The notes under the pieces: model-generated
The model's database searches: none
Seen by the model: only the letters and a program-made list of their open reading frames with translations
What the model was told of the DNA's origin: nothing
Source of the DNA: Xylographa opegraphella
Lineage: Eukaryota
Direction of reading: 5' to 3'
Length of the DNA: 64,000 nucleotides
NCBI GenBank assembly: GCA_022813865.1
Contig: JALDZX010000026.1
Location: 186,001 to 250,000, forward strand
Shown here: positions 25,453-36,952 of the stretch, in pieces
Position numbering within the stretch: the stretch's first letter is position 1
Layout of the letters: each line of letters begins with the position of its first letter
Translations under genes and position numbers: made by a program

Positions 25453-28400
25453 ATGTCTACACCAGCTGGAGACGAGCAATGGCCCGCGGTCCGTGTGAGA
25501 AACACGTTCTTGGATTACTTTAAGAAGAATGGCCATACGTTTGGTAGAGATTCTGATATATTTGTTGTGGCAAGCAGTCAAGACTTATACGCCGAGCAGT
25601 TCCGTCTTCTTCAGTCGTTCCGCTTTCAGATCCCACTCTCCTCTTCACCAATGCTGGTATGAACCAGTACAAGTCTATTTTCCTTGGTACCGTGGACCCC
25701 CAGTCCGACTTTGCCCAGCTCAAGCGCGCTGTAAATTCGCAAAAGGTGAGCTGTTTCATCCGACGACACTATATAGTATCATTACTGATCTTCATAGTGT
25801 ATCCGCGCCGGTGGCAAGCATAATGTAAGTCTTTCAGCTATCCAGGCGGCCGCTACCACTCATAGATGAAAGGATCTTGACGATGTAGGAAAAGACAGCT
25901 ATCATCATGTGAGTTCTCGTTTATTCTCACGCTGTGCGGCTTGCATCTAATCTTGCCAGACCTTCTTTGAAATGCTTGGCAATTGGAGCTTCGGAGACTA
26001 TTTCAAAAAAGACGCCATTCATTACTCGTGGGAGCTTTTAACTAAGGTCTATGGCTTAGATCCCGACAGACTGTATGTGACGTATTTTGAAGGTGATGAA
26101 TCTAAGGGGTTAGAGCCTGATACTGAAGCGAAAGAGCTTTGGATGTCCGTAGGTGTCGCTGAGGACCATCTGCTCACCGGAAACATGAAGGACAACTTCT
26201 GGGAAATGGGTGATCAAGGCCCTTGTGGACCCTGCAGTGAAATCCATTATGATCGTATAGGCGGTAGGAACGCTGCACATCTTGTCAATCAAGATGATCC
26301 TAATGTGCTTGAAATCTGGAACAATGTATTCATCCAATACAATCGCGAGCCCGATAAGTCTCTTAAGCCACTTCCCAATAAGCACGTTGACACTGGAATG
26401 GGCTATGAGCGGTTGGTCTCTGTTCTTCAAAACAAGATGTCTAACTATGACACAGACGTCTTCACTCCACTCTTCGAGACGATCTCCCGCATTACAGGAG
26501 CTCGAGAGTACAGGGGCAAATTCGGAGAAGAAGACGCTGATGGTATAGACACAGCATATCGAGTAGTCGCAGATCATGTACGAACACTAACCTTTGCGAT
26601 CTCCGATGGTGGGATTCCCAACAATGAAGGCCGTGGATATGTTGTGCGAAGAGTACTGCGGCGAGGTGCGCGGTATGCTAGGAAGTATCTCAACACGGAG
26701 ATTGGTAACTTCTTCTCAAAGGTTGTCCCTACTCTGGTTCAGCAGATGGGAGAAATGTTTCCCGAGATCAAGAAGAAAGAGTCTGATGTCAAAGAAATCT
26801 TAGACGAAGAAGAGGAGTCATTCTCCAAGACTCTGGATCGAGGTGAACGGCAGTTTGAGAGCTATGCACAACAATCGAAACTCAAGGATTCCCAGAAACT
26901 GCATGGAGCTGACGTTTGGAGGTTGTACGACACATTTGGATTTCCCGTGGATCTGACCAGGCTGATGGCCGAGGAGAGAGGTTTGGATATCGACGACCAG
27001 GAGTTCGAAGAAGCTCGGCTGAAGGCCAAGGAAGCCAGCCGTGGCGAGAAGAAGGCCGCGCTAGATCTCGTAAAGCTCGATGTCCACGATCTGGGTAATC
27101 TTGCAAAGATGAACGATGTTCCTAAGACGAATGATGATGCTAAGTTTGGGCGGACCAATATTACTTCGCAGGTCAAGGCCGTTTACCATGCCAAGCACTT
27201 CCTTACAGGTACCAGCGATGTTCCGGATGGCGAGCAACTGGGTCTCATTCTTGATCGGACGAACTTCTATGCCGAGCAAGGCGGGCAAGAATACGACACA
27301 GGTAAAATCATCATTGACGGTGTAGCGGAGCTTGAGGTGCAGAATGTGCAGGTGTACGCGGGCTATGTACTCCACACTGGGTATATGAAGTACGGGTCGT
27401 TATCTGTAGGGGATGAAGTGATCTGCGAGTATGACGAGCTTCGGAGATGGCCCATCCGTAATAATCATACTGGAACTCACATCCTTAACTTTGCCCTGAG
27501 AGAAGTTCTTGGAGAGGGCATCGATCAAAAAGGTTCTTCCGTCGCTCCGGAAAAGCTTCGGTTCGATTTCTCCCATAAGTCTGGTGTATCAGATGAAGAA
27601 TTGGAGAGGATCGAGGACATTTCTACGAAGTACATCCGACAAAACTGTGCTGTGTATACCAAGGACGTCCCACTAGCGACTGCCCGCGAGATCATGGGTG
27701 TTCGTGCTGTATTCGGCGAGACATATCCTGATCCTGTTCGCGTTGTTTCTGTTGGGGTGGAAGTAGAGGAACTGTTGAAAAATGTCAAAGACCCGAAATG
27801 GAAAGAAGTGAGCGTTGAGTTCTGTGGCGGAACGCATGTCCAGAAGACTGGCGACATCAAGGAGCTGGTGATCCTTGAAGAAAACGGTATTGCGAAAGGA
27901 ATTAGAAGAATCATTGCTGTCACTGGCGAGGCTGCGCACGCGGTGCAGAGGGATGCGGCAGAGTTCGACGGCCGTCTTACCAGGTTAGAGAAAATGCCAC
28001 ACGGGTCAGAGAAAGACCAGGAGATCAAAGCAGTGAAAATTGACTTGCCCCAACTGTCTATATCTGCCATCTCGAAATCCAAATTCAGAGATCGGTTCGG
28101 GAAAGTCGAAAGATCTCAACTGGACGAGCAGAAAGCGCAACAGAAAGCGGAGTCGAAGAAAGCGCTTGACACCGTGACGGGATATTTCTCAAATCCGGAA
28201 CACAAGGACGAAAAGCAGCTGGTCATTCAGTTGCCGATCTCTGCGAACGCAAAGGTGGTAGGTGAAATAATCAATCATGTCAAGACGAAGAACAAGGACA
28301 AGTCAGTGTACATATTTGCTTCGGATAAGCACGAGGGCAAGGTTGTGCATGGCTGCCATGTCTCCGAGGTGATTGCTCTATTCCTGCGTGTCTTCCCCTA

Positions 28401-28598
28401 TCCTGTGACTGACAACCTTTGTAGGAGGCCAGCAAGAAAGGCGCATCTGCTTCGGAGTGGTCGAGCACGGTATCCAGTATTATAGGAGGAAAGGCTGGGG
28501 GGAAGGGTCCCACGAGTATCGGCAACGGTACCCATCCTGACAAAGTGGAAGAAGCTATTGAGACCGCCACTCGATACCTTCAGAAGTTCAGCCTATGA
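25453..28598 (+). CDS. ALA1: Alanyl-tRNA synthetase (class II); possible upstream in-frame start at 25285
   Basis: [40 protein letters not shown]...[37 protein letters not shown]; editing motifs NHTGTH and EFCGGTH; C-terminal GGKAGGKG. Five introns, with 27- and 36-nt microexons; TGA at 28596-28598. Confidence 0.97.
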
Positions 28599-29193
28599 AA
28601 CCAGCGATCGTTTGATCGAGAACCAGGTAATCTTCTCTACTGTCAGAAAATGAATATGTCCATGTTCGTGTATGGGCTTTTCTGAAACATGATTGTCCAC
28701 CGTGCTTGGAAATGCTTCAGGAGCAATGATTGTATTATATGCGAATATCCATAGATGGTGCTCGAGTTTGTACGATAGTCCTTGTCGTTTGTTGTTTGTG
28801 TGGCTCGATATTGATAGATTCGTACATTCTCCCCTTGATGCGTTTTACTTTCAATCTACACCGGCGTGGGCCTTTCTATTCACTTGACGTGGAGACCCAT
28901 CGTTTGGTGTCTTTCCCAACTACTTCTTCCACGGGGCTTGCTTCGTCTACATCCAGACCAAGACCTGCAATACTTTACCATCTCTCCTGTCTTCATGACG
29001 GCGCTACCTCTTAACTTGTCAGACACCACCCTGACCAACCCCCCCTCATTCTTCCACTTCGTGCTACTTCGTACTATCAAATTCCAGCCCACAATCCTAA
29101 ACACCACACCTAAAAACCATTCATTGCCCCGCAACATCCGCCGCACACGTTCCTCCTCTCGCACACAGTACAGCACATACCCCCCTCCACCCC

Positions 29194-29211
29194 NNNNNNN
29201 NNNNNNNNNNN
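29194..29211. other. Assembly gap (18 N) inside a poly-C tract
   Basis: N run flanked by C runs; a second single N at 37500 also lies in a poly-C run. Confidence 0.95.
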
Positions 29212-29721
29212 CCCCCCCATCCACCTACACGAGACTTACCCCATCTCCCCTTCCCCCACCCCCTTCCCTCCTCGGAAACCCCCACGTCCTCCACAAAAAA
29301 AAGCCATACACGACACCACCGAAAACCACAGCGAGCTTCGCACGTGAAGATTTTGCTGGAAGTAGCACTAGCATGTCACTGCGGGGAGTGGTCGGGCGTG
29401 GTGGGTGCGTGGATGGGTTACGATGATGGTGTGGACGGGGTGAAAGAGAGAAAGGGAAAGAGAAAAGGCTGCTGCTACTAGCCCACTCACCTACTCACCC
29501 AAATGCGAGGACGAGGACGAGGCCAGTCGACGGAAAGGGATGAAGCCTGAAGGAGCATGAGGAGCTCGACACTTCGCTATACGGCCCGAGGAATGGTTGC
29601 TACTCTAACTCTAGCTAGAGAGAGAGTCAGGGGGGCTTGGAGATAGTAATCGGAACCAAACCCTCCTCCCTCAGTGCAGGCAAGTGGGGGGTTGTGGCAG
29701 GTTGATACTCCCGCTGGGCTT

Positions 29722-29771
29722 TTCTTCTTCTTCTTCTTCTTCTTCTTCTTCTTCTTCTTCTTCTTCTTCTT
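29722..29771. repeat. (TTC)n microsatellite, about 16 units
   Basis: Perfect ttc repeats read directly. Confidence 0.95.
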
Positions 29772-30004
29772 GTTCTTCTCTTTGCCTCGCTGTTCGTAAG
29801 GCGTGGTGCTGCTGCAGTCTGCGTCAGCGGCCGTTGTTGCAGCTCATCATTCTGGTTTCGTCGTTCTGGCCTCGTCTTTCAATCTCAATTCGTTTGTGTT
29901 CACAGTGGCACACCACACGGCCAGCGCATCAGCAAGCCATTGTGCAGCAAGAGAATGATTGCAATCCCCCCTCTACCCCCATTCTCCCACCCTCCCCCCA
30001 GAAA

Positions 30005-31446
30005 TCACGCCCACGCCCCCACCAGCGCCATGACCCCCGCCCCCCCCACCACCGCCCCCCACGCCCCCCCCCTCCTCCCCCCCCTCAACACCTCATAACT
30101 CTCCATACTCAAAAAATCCTCCGCCAACAACTCCACCAGCCCGGCAAACAGCAACAAGCCACTACTGACCGCATTCATAACGCCCACCATCAACAACCCG
30201 GCCTCGCCGGCGGGATCATACAGGCCATGGACGGCCAAACCGACGGCCTGGCCGAGCGGGGTGGTGGCGCCGTAGGCGAGCGCCATGAGCCAGGGGCGGG
30301 GCGAGGCGGGCGCGAAGGCGAGGGCGGCGATGCGGGAGCCGAGGGCGAGGCCTTCGAAGGTCTGGTGGAGGGCGATGGCGGTGAGGAGGACGAGGAAGGG
30401 CGGGCCGGTCGAGACGGAGAGGGCGATGCCGATGAAGATGGAGTGGAAGAGGATGCCGGCTTCGAGGAGGAGGCATTGGAGCAGGAGTTTTTGCTGCTGT
30501 TGCTGCTGGTGCTGTGGGGCCGGGGGCACGTGGGGGTGGGAGGGGACTTCGTCGTCGTGGTAGGAGGGCGCGAGCAGGTCCGCCGCGTCGGAGACGGTGC
30601 TGCTGGGGTCCAGCTCGTCGAGATCGAGGTCTGAGTCGTCGGCCGCGTCCTCCTGCGTCGCTGCCGCGGCGCTATTCATGCGCGGCGACCCCTTCGGCGA
30701 CGACGGCACACGGCCCCAGACCTCCTGCTCCGCGGACCCGCCCACCATGCCGAGCGCGAGCCCGTTCGCTTCGGCCCCATCCCCGTAGCCGGACTGGCGT
30801 ATCGAACGACTCCTCCGCGCCCGGCCTTTCGCGCCCCACCGGTGCCCATTCGCAGCCGCCCCCGGCCCCGCGTGTCGTCCTCCATCCCCCTCCGGCACGC
30901 GATCGTACTCGCTGCCGTGGACGTGGCCGGCGCCGCGCATGGCGAAGAGCATCTCGATGCCCACGACGGTCAGACAGGCGGCCATGGCGATGAGGCCGGC
31001 CATAGCGGGGTAGGCCTCATTCCAGAAGGCGGGCAGGCACGGATCGGTCAGGGAGACGAAGGCGGTGGGGAGGAGGTGCACGAAGGCGGTTGCGATCAGG
31101 ACGCCGGTGCCGAAGTGGCGCGAGAGAAAGAGGAAGCGGTGCGGGATGGGCAGCTTGGGGAAGCGGCGGGCGATGATGGGGAAGGAGCACGCTGCGAGGT
31201 GGCATGTTAGGGATCTCGAGAGAGCGAGGGGGAGGGGAGGGGTGGAGAGCTGGGGGCTGGCTTACCCAGCGTGCTGAGCACGAGGATGAGGACGAGCGCG
31301 AAGACATGGAGGGGCGTGTTGTAGGTGCCGCGGTGGCCTTTGGTGCCGCACGCCGGTTTCGCGGACGCGTCCTGCCTGCGCCGGAGTTCGGCGGCGAGGA
31401 TGGCGGAGGGGATGTCCGCCCAGCTTGGAGCGTCTGCGTGAGGCAT
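30005..31446 (-). CDS. ZIP-family zinc/iron transporter
   Basis: YNTPLHVFALVLILVLSTLACSFP...RHFGTGVLIATAFVHLLPTAF.SLTDPCL; LLEAGILFHSIFIG; HQTFEGLALGSRI; TTPLGQAVG; LVELLAEDFL. Intron 31265-31192; start MPHADAPSW at 31446 (start position less certain). Confidence 0.93.
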
Positions 31447-32435
31447 TGTCAGTCGTGCATTTGTATTCAATGGTGATTTTGAAGTGGGGGGCAGCTTTGT
31501 TCTCCGCGTGTCTGGTGCAGAAAAGAGACGAGATGGATGATCGATTGCGGTCACCACTCACCTGGCCTATCGTCAGAGGCCGCATCAGGCATTATACTTA
31601 TGCAGTTCCATACACGAGCCTCCGATTGCTCGCCATGATCAGCCGGGGGAATGGTGTAGGAAATTTGTTGAGGTTCGAAGGAAGTGGCTAGCTGGCTTTG
31701 TCCGCCTACGACCACCGTGGACCGTAGGGCTATTTTCACGAGCATTTTTATACCACCCTGATTGACAGAAACAATACGGGTAGGCCTGGAGAGAAATATG
31801 TGGATTGTGAGCCAAGGAATCAAAGGACGACAGATCTGCAAGGTTCGCGAGATTTTACAAGCGCTCCGGTCGAGTGGTCTACTGGATTTGTGATCCTGGC
31901 ATACAAGACTCCGTTGTCTACAAATCAAGAGACGAGAGTCGATGGCCAGTCAATTTACTGCTTGATCAGATTGAAAATACATTTCAAGTCTTGCTATTGG
32001 TTGAGATGTGGAACTCCATGGGGGTATCGCTCCAAACATACAGCTACCGAGCCGGAAGCCAAGTCCTCCAGCCTGATCAAAATATGCTGGATACAAAAGG
32101 GATCGTGTTTGCGATGGCCAACGATATGCCATCCAGTAGCTCACATGAGCAGTCCTAGCCAAATGGAAAACATGTACACTAGATACAGACAAGAGGAGTG
32201 AAGGGCCAGAGCCCCGGGATTCCCCTCTGAAATCGACCTGGAGAGTTGTCATATAAAGACTGCGTTTAGCGTGCCCAGCATTCCAAACTTGCTCCGATAT
32301 TTTCGACTCAACACCACTCCGAGTGTGTCGAAAACGACTCAAGAGCGTGCATAAACAGAAACTCCAGGCACCCGGATATGCAAATCATAGGAACGTTTCG
32401 ACATGTGACTGACAATGGACAGGTAATGAAGTTGG

Positions 32436-33953
32436 CTATCGTGGACCAGCTTCCAGCTGTCCTGGTGTAGGCTCTGTCTCCGGAGCGGTTATCTCTGGTG
32501 ACTGGTCCACCCCAGTAGCCTCACGACCGCGGCGCCAACGTCCGATCCGGGGTAATGGAATCATCCGATTAGGAAGAAATCGTGACCGAGCGCTTCTCTG
32601 GGGTACAGCATCTGCACCAATAGAGTCGCCCGCGTCAGGAACTGCAGCTTCAGCGTTGGCATTGGCGCGGTGTCTCGAGGCACGTGAGATGCGTTGAACG
32701 GTGGGGAACCCGCGGCGGTCACCGCCATCGTGGTATCCAATCGTCATGAAGCGTCCCGGAAGAACCAAACGAGGACGGAACGAAGTGCCGCCGCGACCGC
32801 CGATGAAGGCAAATTGTGGTGGCGCCGGCATATCGATCCTGTTGCCACTCATACCCGGTGGACGACGAGCAGCGGAGGCGTCAGCGGCAGCCTCGCCTTC
32901 CGGTCGTGGCTTGGGCACGTAATAGTCTGCTTTGCAGAGAGGGCAGCAAGCCCGACGACTCGTCAACCAAGGGTCGAGGCAGCTTGCATGGAATGCATGG
33001 CCACAAGTCAGACCACGCACGTCGTCGTCATCTTCCAGTGTATCGAGACAAATGGCGCATGAATCACCAGGATTCGCGAGCATCTCAGTGGGGACAGCCA
33101 TTTGTATTTGATCGTCTTCCTCCATTTCCTCGGCATCGTGTTGTTCTTGCAACTCGGCGGCGTCCTTTGTCGTATCTGACGTCTTCGACTCGGCCAGATC
33201 GGTGGCTGACCCTCCAGAGGCTTGAGTGTGGTCCGAGACATCCGACTTTTCTTGCTTTTCGTGCTTCTCATTGTGGGTAGAAGATTGAGCTGTCGTGGGT
33301 CTCGCGGCCTCTTCGGTGTCCGGATCGTGATATGGCGGAATGACACCTTGAGCGTCTTTCACACTTCCCGCTCTACTCTGTGAAGGATTCGCAACCCCAC
33401 CGGCAGTTGATAGTCCTTCGGCGGCCCGTGTGGTCATCCAGTTTTTGTACTTTGTGAGAGGAAAGCGTTCGTTGACCTCTTCCATTGTCATCAACTTCTT
33501 CTCCCGTCTTCGGCGGTGTGCCCTCGGGATGTTGGCCAGGTCGATTGGTTCTCCATTCTCATCTTGAATGCGTTGCCGATTACGAGCATTGTATCTGAAG
33601 CAGTACTTCACGCCGACAATGATCCTATACGCAAACAACTGGGTCAGTACGGCAACAGGGACATGTAGTACGATCTTCAATGTATCATACCAGAGATTCG
33701 TAAAGACGACCCCAAAGCCGAGCGCGACGAAGAACAGAAGTGGAGAGCTCTGCGGACCACTGGTGGGTGCTGCCGTTGGTGACGGAGTGGCAACGGCCGA
33801 GGTGGCCGCAGGTGCAATAATCGAGGAGATTGTTTCGCTTGCAGTACCTGAATGGAGAGAAGGTTAGCATAGTGCTTGGCGAGACAGGAAGCATGGAGAT
33901 TGACCTGGATCTCGTGCTATCAGGCTAGCCACTCTGACGACGTATTCCTCCAT
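32436..33953 (-). CDS. Membrane-anchored RING-H2 E3 ubiquitin ligase-like protein
   Basis: TM segment SSPLLFFVALGFGVVFTNLWIIVGVKYCFRYN and RING CAICLDTLEDDDDVRGLTCGHAFHASCLDPWLTSRRACCPLCK; two introns near the 5' end (first 33904-33848). Confidence 0.9.
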
Positions 33954-35711
33954 TGTAGGTGGTCCAGAGGTTTTGTTTGGGTGAGCAAGGCTGAGGGGTC
34001 ACTGGGGCCGAAAATGAAGCTGATCGAAAACACAAAGTGATCTGATCCACTATATATCCAGCAAAGTATTCACTGGGTGATATGAAAGAAGATCAGAGCT
34101 GCAGCACTCCAATAAGGTCCTCGGTGATGCAGGGCCAGTGGCAGTCCAGGAAGGGTTGATGACGGTATTGAGTCGTTATCCTTGGCCGAACTACCCGATG
34201 GTGTTGTGTCTTATTGATGCGACATTTCCAGTCACCAGCTAATCCGCTCACTTGGAACCGTCTTAATCGACAGAATTGATTGAGAGTCCATTCAAAACAC
34301 GGCTAGTAACCAGTTTAACAAAAAAGACCTTCCCAGCCCGGGGCGATGCCTGACTATATGCAGACCGTAAGCGACGAGATGGTGGAAGTGAGGAGGAGGT
34401 TGAACGGCGGGCGGAAGATTACTTGGTTTAGAGGGAGCCGCTAAGCAGAAGGAGGGAGGGGTGCGCTGGGAAGCAGGATACTGGCGGGGGGGGGGGGTTG
34501 CTCTGGGGTGCTCTGGGGGGGTTTTGGGCGGTTTTGGGGAGGGACAAAGCGGATCTGATGCCGCTGGACCAATCAAACACGCGACCTAAGCTTTAGGGAG
34601 CAGGCACGCTATTCCACTTGGGAAGAAGCGACGGACTGGCCGGGGCTGGGATTGGACCGTTCCAGGCAAGCCTCCGACAGCCAGCACCTGCATCATGTTA
34701 CCGATCCAGCTTCAAGCCGTCAAGAACGTTCATGCGTACTGTGGTAGCTTCCGACCAACGTTCAATTTCAGTTGTCGGGATCAAATTCAGTCTTGCCTCC
34801 ACTCCACTATCATGTGTTCATGGAGCCTGTGGACCCGAACTCGGATCAGTTAGGGGGTTTTGAGATGGGGCCAGTCGTATGACCATGGGCAGGATGACGG
34901 GCTAACTGAGTGGTGGCGTGAGCATCGAGAGACTGCGGTATTTGGACAGAAGGCTTTCTCCGACACGGTGCAGCTGGTTGCTAGCTACCCAGGTGTGAAG
35001 TGATGTAAGGTGCCTTGATCAGACAAACAGACTATAGACTATGTCAGATACGACGAGTGCAAGTGGTATGTCGACAGCCGTGCATGGTTGGATTTGCATT
35101 GACAATCGATGTGCTCGTGATTGGCTCGCTTCTCTCCACACCCTCCGGATCTCACTCTCCACATCATCACTCTGGCCATTGATTGCAACCCTCTCACATG
35201 GAGAGTGGAAGTCCTACGTAGCAGTCGCTGCTGCTTGTTATCCGCCACCCCGTCCAGCGCCTCCGACCCACGGACCAGATCTTCGTGTGCTGGTCTGCGG
35301 CTCGTCCTGCTCTACTTCGTAAGGTAGTACTCGACATCTCCCGAACCAGCAATATTGAACGAATCCGGCCCTTTCCCGCCCGACGTCCCTTAGTCAGCGT
35401 CCGATCTCCACCGCCACGCCGCCAAGCCTCCAGAAGATTCCAAATCGTGGCTGGCGGGCCCGCGGTGAAAGCGTGCCTGTGCCGGCTCTAGCAAGGCTTC
35501 AAAGTCTGGTACCTTCAAGTACCTTAGGTATGTGGAAGCCAGAGCGTGGACCTCGTGCTTGCTCACCGTTGACAACTCTCCCTACGTAGGACTCCACCTA
35601 CTACGGTTACATTGATCGAGCCCCCACTGCTATCCCCGCCCTGTCACATTCCACCACCACCCGTCCACGCAAACTTCCCCGATCATCGGAGTGGCTGTCG
35701 TAGCACCCGAC

Positions 35712-36952
35712 ATGGCGGACGACGAGGGCCCACCGACAACGCCTAATCCGGTGGTATTCTTTGATATAACCCTAGGTGGTAAGTCGGCCATGTATCTCAT
35801 CTGACGTATGGATTACGGGTGTGAATTTTGGTGTGATATGGTTTGAGTGTCCCATAGGACTATCTACTCATACAAATCACTGCGGTGCGGAGAGCACTCG
35901 CATAATATGATCTATCATTCAATCATGTAGAATACGACTACCCTGCGCGGAATCAAATGTCTTCTTGTCCCTTTGCCCATGCGCATGCGTGCAGACCAAA
36001 GTCCTTCTAATGCTTCCAACCCCAGGTGAACCTCTTGGCCGGATCAAGATGGAGCTCTTCGCCAACGTCACGCCCAAAACCGCCGAGAATTTCCGTCAAT
36101 TCTGTACCGGCGAGACGAAGAATGCGCAAGGCCGGCCGCAGGGCTACAAGGGCTGCCGCTTCCATCGAGTGGTAAGCGGCCTCGATCAAGCGTTTGGCCA
36201 ACTCCCCTTCACCAGCCTCGCTCGACCTCGTCTTGCCGAGCACATTGACAACACCCGCTCCGCCAAACGGTCCCATCGGTCAATGTTCATGCTGACGGGG
36301 ATTCCTGCAGATCCCCAACTTCATGATCCAGGGCGGCGACTTCCTCAACGGCGACGGCTCCGGGAGCACTTCCGTCTACGGCACCAAGGCTTTCGCCGAC
36401 GAGAACTTCACCCTCAAGCACGACACGCCCGGCTTGTTGAGCATGGCGGTATGGAGCATCGATTGTCCCTGATTCGTCCCGCTATTCTCCGTCTATATCA
36501 TATCCTGCGGCTCTGTCGTCTTCATTGTTTTTACAGCTCCATCGTTTCCTTCAGCTCCATCATTTCTAGGAGCTCCATCATGTCCTCCAGCTTTATGATT
36601 TCCTTCAGCTCCCATCATTTCCTCCAGCTCCATCACTTCCTATAGCTCTATCAATCCTCTCATACAATACCTACCCACTACTTCCGTCCAACATTCATTC
36701 TACTCATTTATTCGCCACATCCCTTCCATCCCCGCACAGAACCTGACACATCCACCGCAGAACTCCGGTCCCAACACCAACGGCTCCCAGTTCTTTATCA
36801 CCACCACCCCGACCCCCTTCCTCAACAACAAACACGTCGTCTTTGGAAAGGTCGTCGACGGCATGGACGTCGTCCGCAAGATCGAGAACACCCGAACCCG
36901 CGCCGAGAGGCCCGTCAGCGACGTCGTGGTCAGTATGTGTGGCGAGATGTGA
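35712..36952 (+). CDS. cypH: Peptidyl-prolyl isomerase H (U4/U6 snRNP-associated cyclophilin)
   Basis: [78 protein letters not shown]...[13 protein letters not shown]...[11 protein letters not shown]...SMCGEM. Introns 35779-36025, 36172-36310 and 36449-36760. Confidence 0.93.
35824..35958 (+). ncRNA. Candidate structured intronic RNA (H/ACA-snoRNA-like or splicing-regulatory element) in cypH intron 1
   Basis: Nested stems GTGAT/ATCAC, TGAGT/ACTCA and GTCC/GGAC with an internal loop; ANANNA-type AGAGCA at 35891-35896; second stem set CGCA/TGCG and ATATGAT/ATCATGT. Confidence 0.35.
36534..36660. repeat. Degenerate ~18-bp minisatellite (CAGCTCCATCATTTCCTY, about 7 copies) in cypH intron 3
   Basis: Recurring agctccatc...tcct units that lengthen the intron to 312 nt. 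Confidence 0.85.

Noticed and set aside
29684..30634. 316-aa + strand ORF with poly-Ser and poly-Pro
   Set aside because: Antisense shadow of the GC-rich ZIP gene plus the TTC microsatellite.
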